A model generated the notes under the pieces. The model saw nothing but the letters and a program-made list of their open reading frames with translations. It searched no databases and was not told where the DNA came from. Below are positions 11,146 through 21,890 of a stretch of 31,447 nucleotides of DNA, in pieces (the first letter of the stretch is position 1; each line of letters opens with the position of its first letter). The translations under genes were made by a program, and so were the position numbers. This DNA comes from Priapulus caudatus (lineage: Eukaryota), in NCBI RefSeq assembly GCF_000485595.1, contig NW_014577063.1:576247-607693 (forward strand). Direction: 5' to 3'.

Positions 11146-13859
11146 TTTCGACTCTTTCCCATTTCCTAATTTAGACTTTTAAATAGGAAAGGATCAGAAA
11201 ACCCATTTCCCATTACCTATTTATACTTTTAAAATAGGAAACGGATCGAAAACCTATTTCCTTTTCTTCTTCTTTTTTGCAACGTCAAATGGGAAAAACA
11301 AACTCACGTAGTAGTGATTAGTAAATCTCGGTAAACGGCAGGTGTGCGTCCGAGATTCAAAAAATTCCCGTGAAACCCGGCTACACACGGCAGGCTCTAA
11401 CAAGTTTATCATTTCAATGACCTACTTGTTATCAACCACGCACTGTCTAAAAATAGGTATTGGTATAGACTTTTGGTGTTGTGTGGTTATAGGACATGGG
11501 TAAAACGCATTATAGCTTTTCACTTCGCTGCGCTGGCTGCGCCGCTTTCCAAGCACTTGGCTTTCAGCTTACTGTGTAAAGCATGCTGATGGAAGTGAGC
11601 AAGTTGAATCGTCTAGACTCCAGACCGGAAACACAGCAAAACAACGCGGCCATGCCTATGCGCCTCCGCGAGATGCCCCGACCGTTCTGCGCGTAGTTTG
11701 AAACGGCATTAACTTACATCCTTGAACCGTATTTGGGCCTTTTAAAGGTCATAGAGTGATTTCGGGTCTTTAAAATTCATGGAGTGATTTCGGCTTGAAA
11801 AGTCATGAGCTGATTTGAAGCTTTGAAAAGTCCATACAGAAGTGTATAATTATTATTGACTATTATTATACACTCCCTGAATAATTAATGGATATAAATA
11901 TATAGTATCACGAATTATTTTTCAGTGCTGTCGATCGAAAAAACAAAGTAAATTTACGACTAATTAAATGTGACACTCATGGCACGCTACCAACCTATCA
12001 CCTACCTATCGCTCATCACCGTACTACCTAAGAGCTTCCCTATTTCATGTGGTTTGTTGGCTTAGTTACAGTCGCCAAGGATATGGGATGCTAGTGCGGC
12101 GTCGTAAGACGATATTAAATTTTATAGTAAGCCGTGCGCTGAGCATGTGTTTCACCTGACGCATCTACTCGGAAGCCACCTCAAGCGGGGAACAGATTTA
12201 TCGTTCAGCTCAAGAGTCTTTGGATGTCAGATTTATGTCAGTTTAATTGGCAGCTGCGTTAGCGGTGATGATTGAGAAGGCGCTACCGTAAGCGATACAG
12301 CACGTACGATAACAGCGCCATAACGATATAGGCGTCGTAACGAATAGCACAGCGCCGTAACGATAAACCAGAGCGCCGTAAACGCAACTACGGCGCCGTA
12401 ACGAATTACATGCCGTATATCGTGGTGAGAGGCAGATAAACGTGAAAAGACGTTGAAAGTCATAGTTTGGAAAAACGGTTGTTCGTTATGACACATAAAC
12501 GCGATCGAAAAAAGAAATGAAAGTGAAGAAGACATCCCACCCAACCGCCTTCCGCTTCGCTCTCCGTCCGCGCTCTTGCTTTCTGCCTCCTTATTGCGGC
12601 TCCCTCTAGCGCTCTCCACCCACTCCTCTCTTTCCTCCCTTTTGCTCTCTCACTCACTTCCTGTTCTCATACCCTCTCAAGCTGTACTCGACAATTTGTC
12701 TATCTGGATATTCTAATCCGATCTCTATATATATCTCTATCTATATCGTGGAAATGCTACATTTATCTCTGTAGCACAAGGAAGTAAGATTCTAGGGTAA
12801 CAGCACTAGCGATTTTCGTGGGTCGAGCCGGCCGGCGAAGACCGCATGAAAAAGTCGGCTACGTGTGTCCAGTGTCCCGGTGCAGTCACGTCGATTTTCG
12901 ATAATGTTTGATAATTATTTGAGCCGGCCGGCTGCAATCGCCTAGTGTGGCCCGGGTCTGCGATAGAGCGGCGCCGATTGTACAATCATACAGCACAATC
13001 CAATGCAAACAAATTGTTGTCACGTGAATCACCAACGATGCCCAACAACTTCTGAAGTTTGCCTGGCGACATTCGCTATATATAGGAATCTATATCCCCC
13101 AACTTCTTGACTCTGACGTTCTGGAGGATCTTAACCAGTTTATTATATACACGCCGTGTCGAATTGCGGCGCAGTATCCACGTTCTTTGGCCCACGCAAC
13201 CCGATTCTCCACCTCTTCCTTCGGCGTCGGTTTTTTCGTAGGAGCAACAAAGTAGAAAAGTTATAGGCTATTTTTTCGTTTTGCTTTGCAGCGGGACGGT
13301 GCCATTTGACAATCAAGTGACTATCAAATCTAGGTGGGCGCGAATGAAGCGTGCGAATAATCCACGAGAGTCCGCGCCGGCTCAGCCGCCTAGTGTGTCC
13401 GCAGAGCTCCAGACTCAGCCGGCCGGCTAAACTAAATCGCCACATCAATGCACATCAGCGTGTAGAGTATATACAGCAACCCCCTAACAACATAACGGCC
13501 GACGTCTTCTGACCAAAATCAGATCAGCACTCGGTATTACTGTACCCTCAATCATCTATTCTTTACGACAGGAGTGTGCTTAGCGGTTGGTAACTGGGAG
13601 CCATGACCAGGCCAACACGTTCGCACGTGCGAATTCGGACATATCAATATGCAAAGCAGCGTATATGCCAGAGGGCGAAGCCAACCTGTACCTAGCACAT
13701 CTTTACATCGTGCTGACTTATCAACCCGTTAAACTCGTTCAGAACTCGTTCAACGTTGTAACTAAAAGTTCGTGTAAGTTGCGTCTTGCTTTGGGCCAAG
13801 CGGTGGAACGCCGATAGTCCGTAGCCTGTAGACTCGAAACTGTAAATCTTAGCCTGGCG

Positions 13860-13920
13860 AAAGATAACTAAAAGACAGCTAAAAGATAGCTAAAGGATAG
13901 CTAAAAGATAGCTAAAAGAC
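13860..13920. repeat. 11-bp tandem repeat
   Basis: AAAGATAGCTA, about 5-6 units. Confidence 0.85.
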
Positions 13921-14740
13921 ATCAAGTCCGATGATCAGGATATAGTATATCAGGAATAGGCGATGTATTGTACATGTGTCCATGTGGTGGGAAGGTGACT
14001 TTTGCCACAGTGCAGGCACGCAACAATTATAGTTAATCACCATCTCATAGCAATTAATATAGTATTATAAACGTATTATTCACTGGAAATTATGCCAAAT
14101 CGATGATCGCCAGATTTTAGGTATCAGCACAAACCTACGCATGCGCGATGGTATGTTTTGAGGGTTAACTCAGGAGATATGGATGAAAAGTTCTGGTAAA
14201 AGTGCTAGGAATCCCATAGTTAGCAAAGGCAAATCACAAACTATTTTTGCCTGAATTCATAGTCATTGATTGAGAGTCACTAAAAACCTCGTCGCACATC
14301 CGCATGGACATACTCCTGGGGGCATATTAGGCATGCGTGCCTACTATTGATCGATAATGTATCTAGATTTCACGTCGGACCTCTACACGCGGGTGGACTT
14401 TCACCAGGACGTGGGACTTTCACAATCTCTTCGCTGTATATACTATTGCAGGTTTTAAGCTGGACAAAAAAAAGCTTGTTAGCAATTTGCTCTGAAAATT
14501 TATAGCCAAATTCATGCTTTATAATTAAGCCAAACAAAAGGTGATGTTTATTTTATTTTAATTGTATTTCACACCGCATTTAAAAAAGCCGCGTTAACGC
14601 CAACTTTCAACATTTTCGCGTTTTCATTTTATAGCTATTGATGTGTCGTGATCTCCTGAGTCTCAGCGCTATACTATCTAAACTCTTCTTCCAACGTTTT
14701 CTGTTTATTTTATAGCTATTTGTGCGGACTTTGTTTGCAG

Positions 14741-14918
14741 GCGTCTTCTGAACGAGGTGTACGACGACGTGCGGGAGGTGTCACTCATGGACAGCAAGGA
14801 CGAGGAGAAGCTGGCGATGATGAAGAGACCGGAGTTGGGGGTGACCTTGACGAAGCTGCGCGCCTGGAACGTCCTCGACGACTTTCGAAGATGTGTCTTT
14901 CTCGATGCTGATACTATG
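14741..14918 (+). CDS. GYG1: Glycogenin coding exon (first exon visible; gene is 5'-incomplete in this window)
   Basis: Acceptor TTTGCAG|G, donor ATG|GTGAGT. Translates (R)RLLNEVYDDVREVSLMDSKDEEKLAMMKRPELGVTLTKLRAWNVLDDFRRCVFLDADTM, matching the glycogenin motifs MKRPELGVTLTKL and CVF-DADT (DxD metal-binding motif). Confidence 0.95.
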
Positions 14919-15019
14919 GTGAGTGCTAGCGGAGCACCCAGCGGTGGCATCCATAGCTGCGATCGAAATACATAGAGACATATATAGATACATAGAAATA
15001 TATATATATATATATATAT

Positions 15020-15138
15020 CAGGGGTTAATAAAGACAAAGGATTCAAAGATCAGGGGTTAATAAAGACAAAGGATTCAAAGATCAGGGGTTAATAATAAC
15101 AAACGTCTTATTGTCTTATTTGTCTTCATTAATCCCTG
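15020..15138. mobile_element. CA...TG micro-element with triplicated left end inside a (TA)n tract
   Basis: CAGGGGTTAATAA occurs three times, right end ATTAATCCCTG; related to 19490-19532. TSD is ambiguous because the flanks are (TA)n. Confidence 0.65.
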
Positions 15139-15999
15139 ATATATATATATATATATATATAGTTTAACTAGTATATTATTTCTATGGTAGCTGCAGACGG
15201 CTTTACCGTGCATCGAAGACCACAGAACAGTTAATTGCTGTAGACGGCTCTCACGTCATACGTACACTATAAGACAGTAATCACGCGCAATGCTGTACGT
15301 GCTTTAGTCGAACCACTATCCGTATTTTCGTATAATGTAATACGGGGTTAGACTGAATCCAGTATTGCCTTAGGCTACCGCCCACGACGTTGATGTCAAC
15401 AGCGGCTTATTGGGCAAACCTAATACGGGGCGGTCCTTTCAATTTCAATTTTAATTGCACGTATACAAGTGCATAGCGTCAGGAGAACATAATATACACA
15501 ATCTCAGAATATATATATATATATCACCTGATATATATATTCTCCCCTCTATTCTCCTGATTCTAAAATTGATACAAAACAGGCAGGGTTAGCCTGAACC
15601 AATCAGCTATGAGATATCCGAGCCATATCTACACACTACACATTGTATAGACATGTACGTGACGTAACTAAATATCTATCTATCTATTCAAAGAAGCTTT
15701 ACGTGCAAAACCGTGAGGGTGCATTTATGTTCTCACCCTCATATTGTGTAATGTACTAACCTACATCATAAACTAATCGCGTTTTCACCATCGGATATGT
15801 GTTGTGACTATAATGTGCTCCATAAAAGCGAAGAATGCACAATATAAAGATTCGGATGAAAGCCGAATTCGAAATCGTAACAATGGCTGCCGTGGCAAGA
15901 TCACAAAGTCTAACGGCATTATCATAAGCGTCGGTTATATAACCATAGAAATAATATACTAGTTACTCTATATATTTCAATGCCTCTATATATTTATAT

Positions 16000-16035
16000 C
16001 AAGAGCGTATTAAGTATTAGTATTACACGCTCTTG
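16000..16035. mobile_element. 36-bp CA...TG micro-element, 7-bp TSD
   Basis: TTTATAT|CAAGAGCGT...ACGCTCTTG|TTTATAT. Confidence 0.75.
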
Positions 16036-16309
16036 TTTATATGGTTATAGTGTAGACGATTCCCCTGTGCTTGCCTATTCGCCTCACGTTATACAGTTCT
16101 TTTTCCTCCCTACTCTAACACAGGTGAAATTGGAGCGTAATTCTGTTATTGAATTTTGGCATTCATATCCTAATGTGTATGCATTTTTTTCACTGAAATA
16201 ATTACACCATTAGATTCTGCAAGTCAAAGAACTAATGAAAAGACACTTTATTCATGTTTTTATGTTAAATGTTTACGAAGATAGAACAATTAATAGATAT
16301 TTAGAATTC

Positions 16310-16476
16310 CGCGGCGGCCAGCTTGGATTTTCCATTGTTACGGCCGTCACGGACAAAATTTAGCTTGGAAAAAAAAAAAAATCATATATCATTTAGTATA
16401 CCCTTAACATCATATATATACCAATTTTGGTGCTTTTATCACAAAACCGAAATTTTTTCACATATCTGCCCCACTA
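16310..16476. mobile_element. Possible terminal fragment of a hAT-like DNA transposon
   Basis: Ends ...TTTTGGTGCTTTTATCACAAAA...CACATATCTGCCCCACTA, resembling TAG-terminated hAT ends as I recall them; partner end and TSD not found. Confidence 0.3.
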
Positions 16477-16504
16477 TGTATCTAATCGTGAAACTTCACA
16501 CTAG

Positions 16505-16670
16505 GTGCTCATGAATATTGAAGAGTTGTTTGAGGAGACCGCGGAACTGTCGGCAGCGCCAGACTACGGCTGGCCGGATCTATTCAACACGGGCATGTTT
16601 GTGTTCAGCCCTAGCAAGGAAACCTACGGAAAGCTGCTGCAGATGGCCACCACCGACGGCAGTTTCGATG
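16505..16670 (+). CDS. GYG1: Glycogenin coding exon
   Basis: CTAG|GTG acceptor, GATG|GTAGGC donor, phase compatible with both neighbours. [55 protein letters not shown](G) corresponds to glycogenin ELSAAPDxGWPDxFNxG...GSFDG. Confidence 0.95.
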
Positions 16671-16694
16671 GTAGGCGTCGGGGATGTGTTCCCA

Positions 16695-16960
16695 CGCGTG
16701 CGTGCGTGTGTGTGGTCACGACTTGGTCTGTCTGCGTGCGTGGTGTGTCTTGTATGTCAACCCTGCGTGGAGAGTTTCCTGTGTGTGTGTGCGCGTGTGT
16801 GTGTGCGTGTGTGCGCGCGCGTGTGTGTGCGTGTGTGCGCGCGCGTGCGTGCGTGTGCGTGTGTGCGTGCGTTTACGTACGTGTGTGTGCGTGTATGTGC
16901 GCATGTGTGTGCGTGCGTTTACGTACGTATCATGTGCGTGTGTGTATCCGCGTGTGAATC
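16695..16960. repeat. (GT/GC)n compound microsatellite in glycogenin intron
   Basis: GTGT/GCGT/GCGC runs directly after the exon donor; similar tracts at ~22785-22840 and ~23920-24025. Confidence 0.9.
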
Positions 16961-17174
16961 GTCATTCTCCATCGGTTCTAGCGCCATATTAAATATACGC
17001 ATGCATACGTAATCTGTTGTCGCTGTTTGTATATGCGGTGGAGATATTGACATATATATGACGCATATCGGAGATAGGTACGACAACGAGAACATAATAT
17101 ACACGTAGGTGTGTGTGTGTGCGTGGGTGTGTTGCGTTCCCCTGGTTCTATAGGCATGAGCCTTTAGTTGATAT

Positions 17175-17227
17175 CAAGAGCGTATTAAGAAGGAAGAAGA
17201 GAGAATTACCTTCTTAATACGCTCTTG
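17175..17227. mobile_element. 53-bp CA...TG micro-element, 7-bp TSD
   Basis: TTGATAT|CAAGAGCGTATTAAGAAGG...CCTTCTTAATACGCTCTTG|TTGATAT; perfect 19-bp arms. Confidence 0.85.
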
Positions 17228-17389
17228 TTGATATGCCAATATATAGCAACATCAAGCGACCTGAAGGCGTATAGGATGGCTTAGCCAATATAGACGTATC
17301 GTATTCGATGTATGTTTTGTGTGATCTTTATGTTGGTAACTTATTATGAAGGTCAAACCCACGCACGCAGCAAGCAACACAACGCCCAC

Positions 17390-18035
17390 ACTAGTCTCTC
17401 GGTCTCTCCCTATCCGTGTCTCTCTCGCTCTCCCATCCCTCTCCGTGTCTCTCTCGCTCTCCCATCCCTCTCCGTGTCTCTCTCTTCTTCTCCGTGTCTC
17501 TCGCTCACTCGCTCTCTCCTCCCTTTTTCCCCCTCTCTCTCTCCCTCTCCGTGCCCCTCTCTCCCTCTCCGTGTCCCCTCTCCCTCTCCGTGCCCCTCTC
17601 TCCCTCCCCGTGCCCCTCTCTCCCTCTCCGTGTCCCCTCTCCCTCTCCGTGCCCCTCTCTCCCTCCCTCTTTCCGTGTCCCCTCTCCCTCTCCGTGCCCC
17701 TCTCTCCTCCGTGTCTCGCTGGCCTCCCTTTCTCTCCCTCTCCACCCCTCTCCGTGTCTCGCTCTTTCCCCCTCTCTCTCCTTCTCCTTGTCTTTCTCCT
17801 TCCTCTTTCTCCTTCTCCCTCCCTCTCCGTGTCTCTCTCTCTCCATCTTCCTCCCTCTCCATGTCTCGATCTCACTCCCTCTCTCCTTCTCCGTGTCTCT
17901 CTCTCTCTCCCTTCCCTCCCTCTCCGTGTCCCCATCTCCATCCCTCTCCCTCGCTCTCCGTGTCCGTCTCTCCTTCCCTCTCTCCTTCCCCGTGTCTCTC
18001 TCTCTCTCTCCCCCTCCCTATCTCTATCCCTGTCT
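17390..18035. repeat. Polypyrimidine (CT-rich) minisatellite
   Basis: Repeated CTCTCCGTGTC/CCCTCT units, almost no A or G on the + strand apart from GTG cores. Confidence 0.9.
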
Positions 18036-18283
18036 GGTAATAGCTGAGTATAGTTGGGTGTCATGTCATACACGTATACGGGTTTTTCGCGAGTAACATG
18101 TATATATATAGTGCCAGGCAGTTTCAGCAGCAACATCAATCATCGTTGTGTTTTTCGGTGTCACGTTGTTTTCCCTGCCACTCTTCCCCCCCCCCCTCTC
18201 GCACCCACCGATCACGCTGAAGCAAAAATACTCTGGAACCTGTTATGTGTGTATACAACAGGCTCATTCTTTCCTCCCCGCAG

Positions 18284-18392
18284 GTGGCGACCAAGGCTTG
18301 CTCAATCAGTATTTCAAAAACTGGAATAGGCTGTCCTGCCTTTACAATGCTCAACCCAGCACCATATACACCTACGGGCCAGCTTATGACAG
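18284..18392 (+). CDS. GYG1: Glycogenin coding exon with catalytic GDQG motif and autoglucosylated Tyr
   Basis: Polypyrimidine tract + CAG|GT acceptor, AG|GTATAC donor. GGDQGLLNQYFKNWNRLSCLYNAQPSTIYTYGPAYD(R); IYTYGPAY aligns to human IYSYLPAF (Tyr195). Confidence 0.93.
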
Positions 18393-18725
18393 GTATACGC
18401 GCCGTGGTGGCATAGCTCACGTGTATGCAGTCAGTCACGCGCCTCGCTGCAAGCAGGACCAGCAGCTGCAGCGGCATATAATTATAAATGCCGAGAGAGC
18501 CATACGGAATATGATCATGATTTATGTTCTGTGCGAACCACTAAACATTTACGAAAACACGAATGCAAATATTTCGGCCCTCTGCCATTAGAGTCAGACT
18601 ATTGAATTACTGATAGGGTTACTATACCTATATATATATATATATCTATACCTAGACTGGCTGGGTACGTTTCTTCGAGTCTTCTCCGTGATTGTACGTA
18701 CACGTGGCCGTACGCAGGCAGTGCT

Positions 18726-18949
18726 GCAGATGGGGTCGTTGTCGTATCTGGTACTACAGATATGTACCCGAGGTAGTTTTAGGTTGTTTAGTATTATGTT
18801 TATATTTTTATATGATGTATGTTTAGGGTTAGGGTTAGTGTTAGGGTTAGGGTACACTTCTGTACTACAAGTCTGGTACACTTTGTTTATACATATATGT
18901 ACCTCGGGTACATATCTGTAGCACCTGATACGACAACGACCCCTTGAGC
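18726..18949. mobile_element. Mutator (MULE)-type MITE with internal TTAGGG repeats
   Basis: 9-bp TSD GGCAGTGCT (18717-18725 / 18950-18958). ~44-bp inverted arms GGGGTCGTTGTCGTATCTGGTACTACAGATATGTACCCGAGGTA / TACCTCGGGTACATATCTGTAGCACCTGATACGACAACGACCCC. (TTAGGG)~5 at ~18823-18852. Confidence 0.85.
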
Positions 18950-19443
18950 GGCAGTGCTACCCAGAGACGTCTGAATAGATACAGCCTTACAACTGTTGCT
19001 TCATGATATGACTCGTATGAAAAAAACGGCTATTAAAATGAACGGCCTGTCGTCGGGCGAAAAAAAACCGTAGACGTGATGCGTTCGTAGAAAACGTGAG
19101 CGTGTCAACAAATCCATCGTCTGGTCGAGCAATATATGTGATACAGTGACTTCAGTACGTAACGCTGTATACAGCGCTTCCTGATCAACGTGCCCCCCCT
19201 AATCTTTCGTAGCGTGAACATCTCGAATAAATTAAAACGGATAAGCCGAGTTCTTTCTGCAAACAAGACGAATTTTGCTGTTCTCTGGCGACGCGCCAAA
19301 AGAGCGTGCGCCGTAGAAAAATGTATTTTAATCACTACGGCGTGACTTAACGCACGTAATGCACTCGACATTCAACATATCTTTGACTCAGCCGATACCT
19401 ATAATTCATCACATTACAATGTGAATATGTGGAATAATGTAAT

Positions 19444-19532
19444 CAATAGTCCATAATAGAACCTTTCTATTATGGACTCTTGATGTAATCAGGTGTTAAT
19501 AAACACAAATAATTTGTCTTTATTAACTCCTG
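19444..19532. mobile_element. Two CA...TG micro-elements stacked in one 7-bp target
   Basis: ATGTAAT|19444-19482 (CAATAGTCCATAATAG...CTATTATGGACTCTTG)|ATGTAAT|19490-19532 (CAGGTGTTAATAAA...TTTATTAACTCCTG)|ATGTAAT. Confidence 0.85.
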
Positions 19533-19845
19533 ATGTAATGTATAATGTATGAAATGTGTAATAATACGATTCGTTGCGTTGCAATTAACTCCACGGGATT
19601 AGCTGCTTCATGTTAGCTGGTTATGTTACTCTATAGCCTGTCGCTGTGTTTACCCGTAAATGACAGACATAACTTGAAACGTTTGCGAGTATACGCACTG
19701 ACGATATATATACGACTATACTGACGATGACACAGCGTTTGGCGTATGCGCATCGTGAAGCTCTGCATGCGGATATACTGTTGCCATGGATATACTGTTG
19801 TTGCCATGGATGCGAGAAGCTTTCGACCTTTGACCTTTATCGCAG

Positions 19846-20032
19846 GTTCGGTGGCAATATAAAAATTGTGCATTTCCTCGGAGCGTGGAAGCCCTGGATG
19901 ATCGGGATAGATCCAGAAACGAGGCGCGTGACAGGAATGCCACCTTACGACAACCCACAGATTCGAACGTGGCTGGCGCTGTTCCAAGACCGTGTCCTAC
20001 CCAAGCTCAGCTCGTCCGTGATTAGAAAATTG
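19846..20032 (+). CDS. GYG1: Glycogenin coding exon (HFLG-KPW motif, end of GT8 domain)
   Basis: CGCAG|G acceptor, TTG|GTAAGT donor. FGGNIKIVHFLGAWKPWMIGIDPETRRV...WLALFQDRVLPKL matches glycogenin FG-KVVHFLG-KPW...W-IF-VLP. Confidence 0.95.
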
Positions 20033-20152
20033 GTAAGTGCATAGCAAAAATGTAGCACTCGCTGCTTGGCCTAGTATTAGGAGATTAACAGTGCGGTAAC
20101 TTTATTTCAACTTGCAACTTGATTCGCTTTTTGCAACTGTGTGTCGTCCTAT

Positions 20153-20416
20153 CAGGAATGTCATAATATAGACGACTTATATATCATATCAGGAGTAAGA
20201 TAATATAGGATTATTATTATCATTATTATTATCTTACTCCTGATCATATCATGATCATATAGATAACATCAGGAGTGAATAATAGAGAATAATATCTATT
20301 AGCAAGAGCGCATTAACCCCGTGGGGTTAATGCGCTCTTGCTATTATTCACTCCTGATAGCATATGATAGATATAGTATAGATTATATATATAGATAGTA
20401 TATTATGACACTTCTG
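20153..20416. mobile_element. Nested cluster of four CA...TG micro-elements
   Basis: Outer element with TSD GTCCTAT contains 20190-20242 (TSD ATCATAT) and 20270-20356 (ATAACAT/ATAGCAT); the latter contains the 38-bp palindrome 20303-20340 (CTATTAG/CTATTAT). Confidence 0.85.
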
Positions 20417-21279
20417 GTCCTATTGCACTTGAATACCTTGTTCAATGTATAGGTTCACAATCGCATGTGGGCGTTTGATATCCCAGTATAAGTCTTGTGG
20501 ATAATGTACTAACGCTTGCCAACCTTATGGTTTCGATATATTAGACGTTGCTGTTAATTCAGTGGTTACAGTGGGGCAGCCGCCTTCCCCCCCCCCAAAA
20601 AAAATACCCTTAACTAGGGTCCATCTTCATGATCAGAATGCATAAGAAAGCATGGCATTACAGCTAACTTCAAAGTGAATTCATAGCTGAATTAACAGCC
20701 ACCTACTTCTGCAGACAACTTGATAAATTTTCTGTTTTTTTGTCCCCCGCCCAATCAACTAATGTTAGGCTCCATATAGCTACGGAATTCCTCTTTAACC
20801 AGTGACGCAATGTATCACGCAAATTTCATAATCAAGCGTAACAAACTCTGGGGCCAGTAGTCAGAAACATCATGAATAGTTACAACTGCCTTAAATCTAA
20901 AATGTAACAAGTTTTGGATGACACTTCATGCGTAACGACATTTTAACATTAATAATATATTTATTTTAACTTAATAACATTTAAGATTTATGATATTATA
21001 ACTATCAAAAGCTAATAATACCTGTATGATTTGCTCTTGTAACTACGTATATGTTGATTCTGACCAACGCCCCCCCCCCCCCGATCTCTCATACGTACGC
21101 TACAATGAGACGCAAACTCTATAATCTAACTGCTTATATTCGGTGTTGCTTGATGTGACTGAAAGACATGCATGCTGGCAATAAATACTAATGAATGATA
21201 ACAATGCAATTATAATAATTTATAACAATAGTAGTTGCATCGTGTTGCTTGACATTTGCATGCACATGTCGTTTGCCAG

Positions 21280-21351
21280 ACGAGAACAGAACCTTCAGGG
21301 GACAACAAGCCAGCGGCGCAACCTTGCCATGTACAGCAGCAAGCTGAGCAG
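21280..21351 (+). CDS. GYG1: Probable 72-nt symmetric (phase 0-0) glycogenin linker exon
   Basis: TTTGCCAG acceptor and CAG|GTAATA donor enclose an open 24-codon frame TRTEPSGDNKPAAQPCHVQQQAEQ. No homology support; the gene stays in frame if this exon is skipped. Confidence 0.6.
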
Positions 21352-21513
21352 GTAATAGTCTAGTCAGGTCAGCTGGTTGTCAACTGACAGGTGACAGGTG
21401 ATAAAGTAAGAGCAGTATGGTCAGTCTTAAAGAGCAGCACGAGAGGGTGGGCACTCCACGTCAGCAGGTGTAAGAACAGCCAGGTGAGCAGTGAGAGCAA
21501 TCAGGTCAGCATT

Positions 21514-21890
21514 CAGGTATGAGGTACCTGGCGATGGACAGGTAGGAGCTAACCTGGCGATGGACAGGTATGAGGTACCTGGTAATGGACACGTATGAGG
21601 TACCTGGTGATGGGCAGGTATGAGGTACCTGGTGATGGACAGGTATGAGGTACCTGGCGATGGACAGGTATGAGGTACCTGGCGATGGACAGGTAGGAGC
21701 TAACCTGGCGATGGGCAGGTAGGAGGTACCTGGCGATGGACAAGTATGAGCTACCTGGCGATGGACAAGTATGAGGTACCTGGCGATGGACAGGTATGAG
21801 GTACCTGGCGATGGACAGGTATGATGTACCTGGTGATGGGCAGGTATGAGGTACCTGGCGATGGACAGGTATGAGGTACCTGGCGATGGG
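21514..21890. repeat. 25-bp minisatellite, ~15 units
   Basis: CAGGTATGAGGTACCTGGCGATGGA tandem units, with 26-bp variant CAGGTAGGAGCTAACCTGGCGATGG(A/G). Confidence 0.95.

Larger units (their letters stand above)
9860..12683 (-). mobile_element. Second, partial copy of the same Helitron-internal sequence
   Basis: Colinear direct repeat of ~1450-4361 (same TTCAATTGAACAGTCG repeats, fold-back, AAGTCATGGAGTGAT repeats, GCCGTAACGAT repeats and CT-rich block). Similarity stops at CTCTCAAGCT (4361 / 12683). Many single-base indels between the copies. Confidence 0.8.

Noticed and set aside
1450..12683. LTR retrotransposon with ~2.9-kb LTRs
   Set aside because: No gag/pol between the repeats, no TG...CA ends, PBS or TSD found; copy 1 is explained by Helitron termini.
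12800..13470. Harbinger-like MITE remnants (GCCGGCCGG, CGCCTAGTGTG motifs)
   Set aside because: Suggestive, but the termini are too degenerate and no TWA TSD could be fixed.
13572..13817. Missing glycogenin N-terminal exon
   Set aside because: Acceptor-like ACAG is present, but no frame I read resembles the FVTL-TND-Y motif.
17252..18139. 220-295 aa Arg/Glu/Gly or Ser/Pro/Leu ORFs
   Set aside because: Translations of the CT-rich repeat inside a glycogenin intron.
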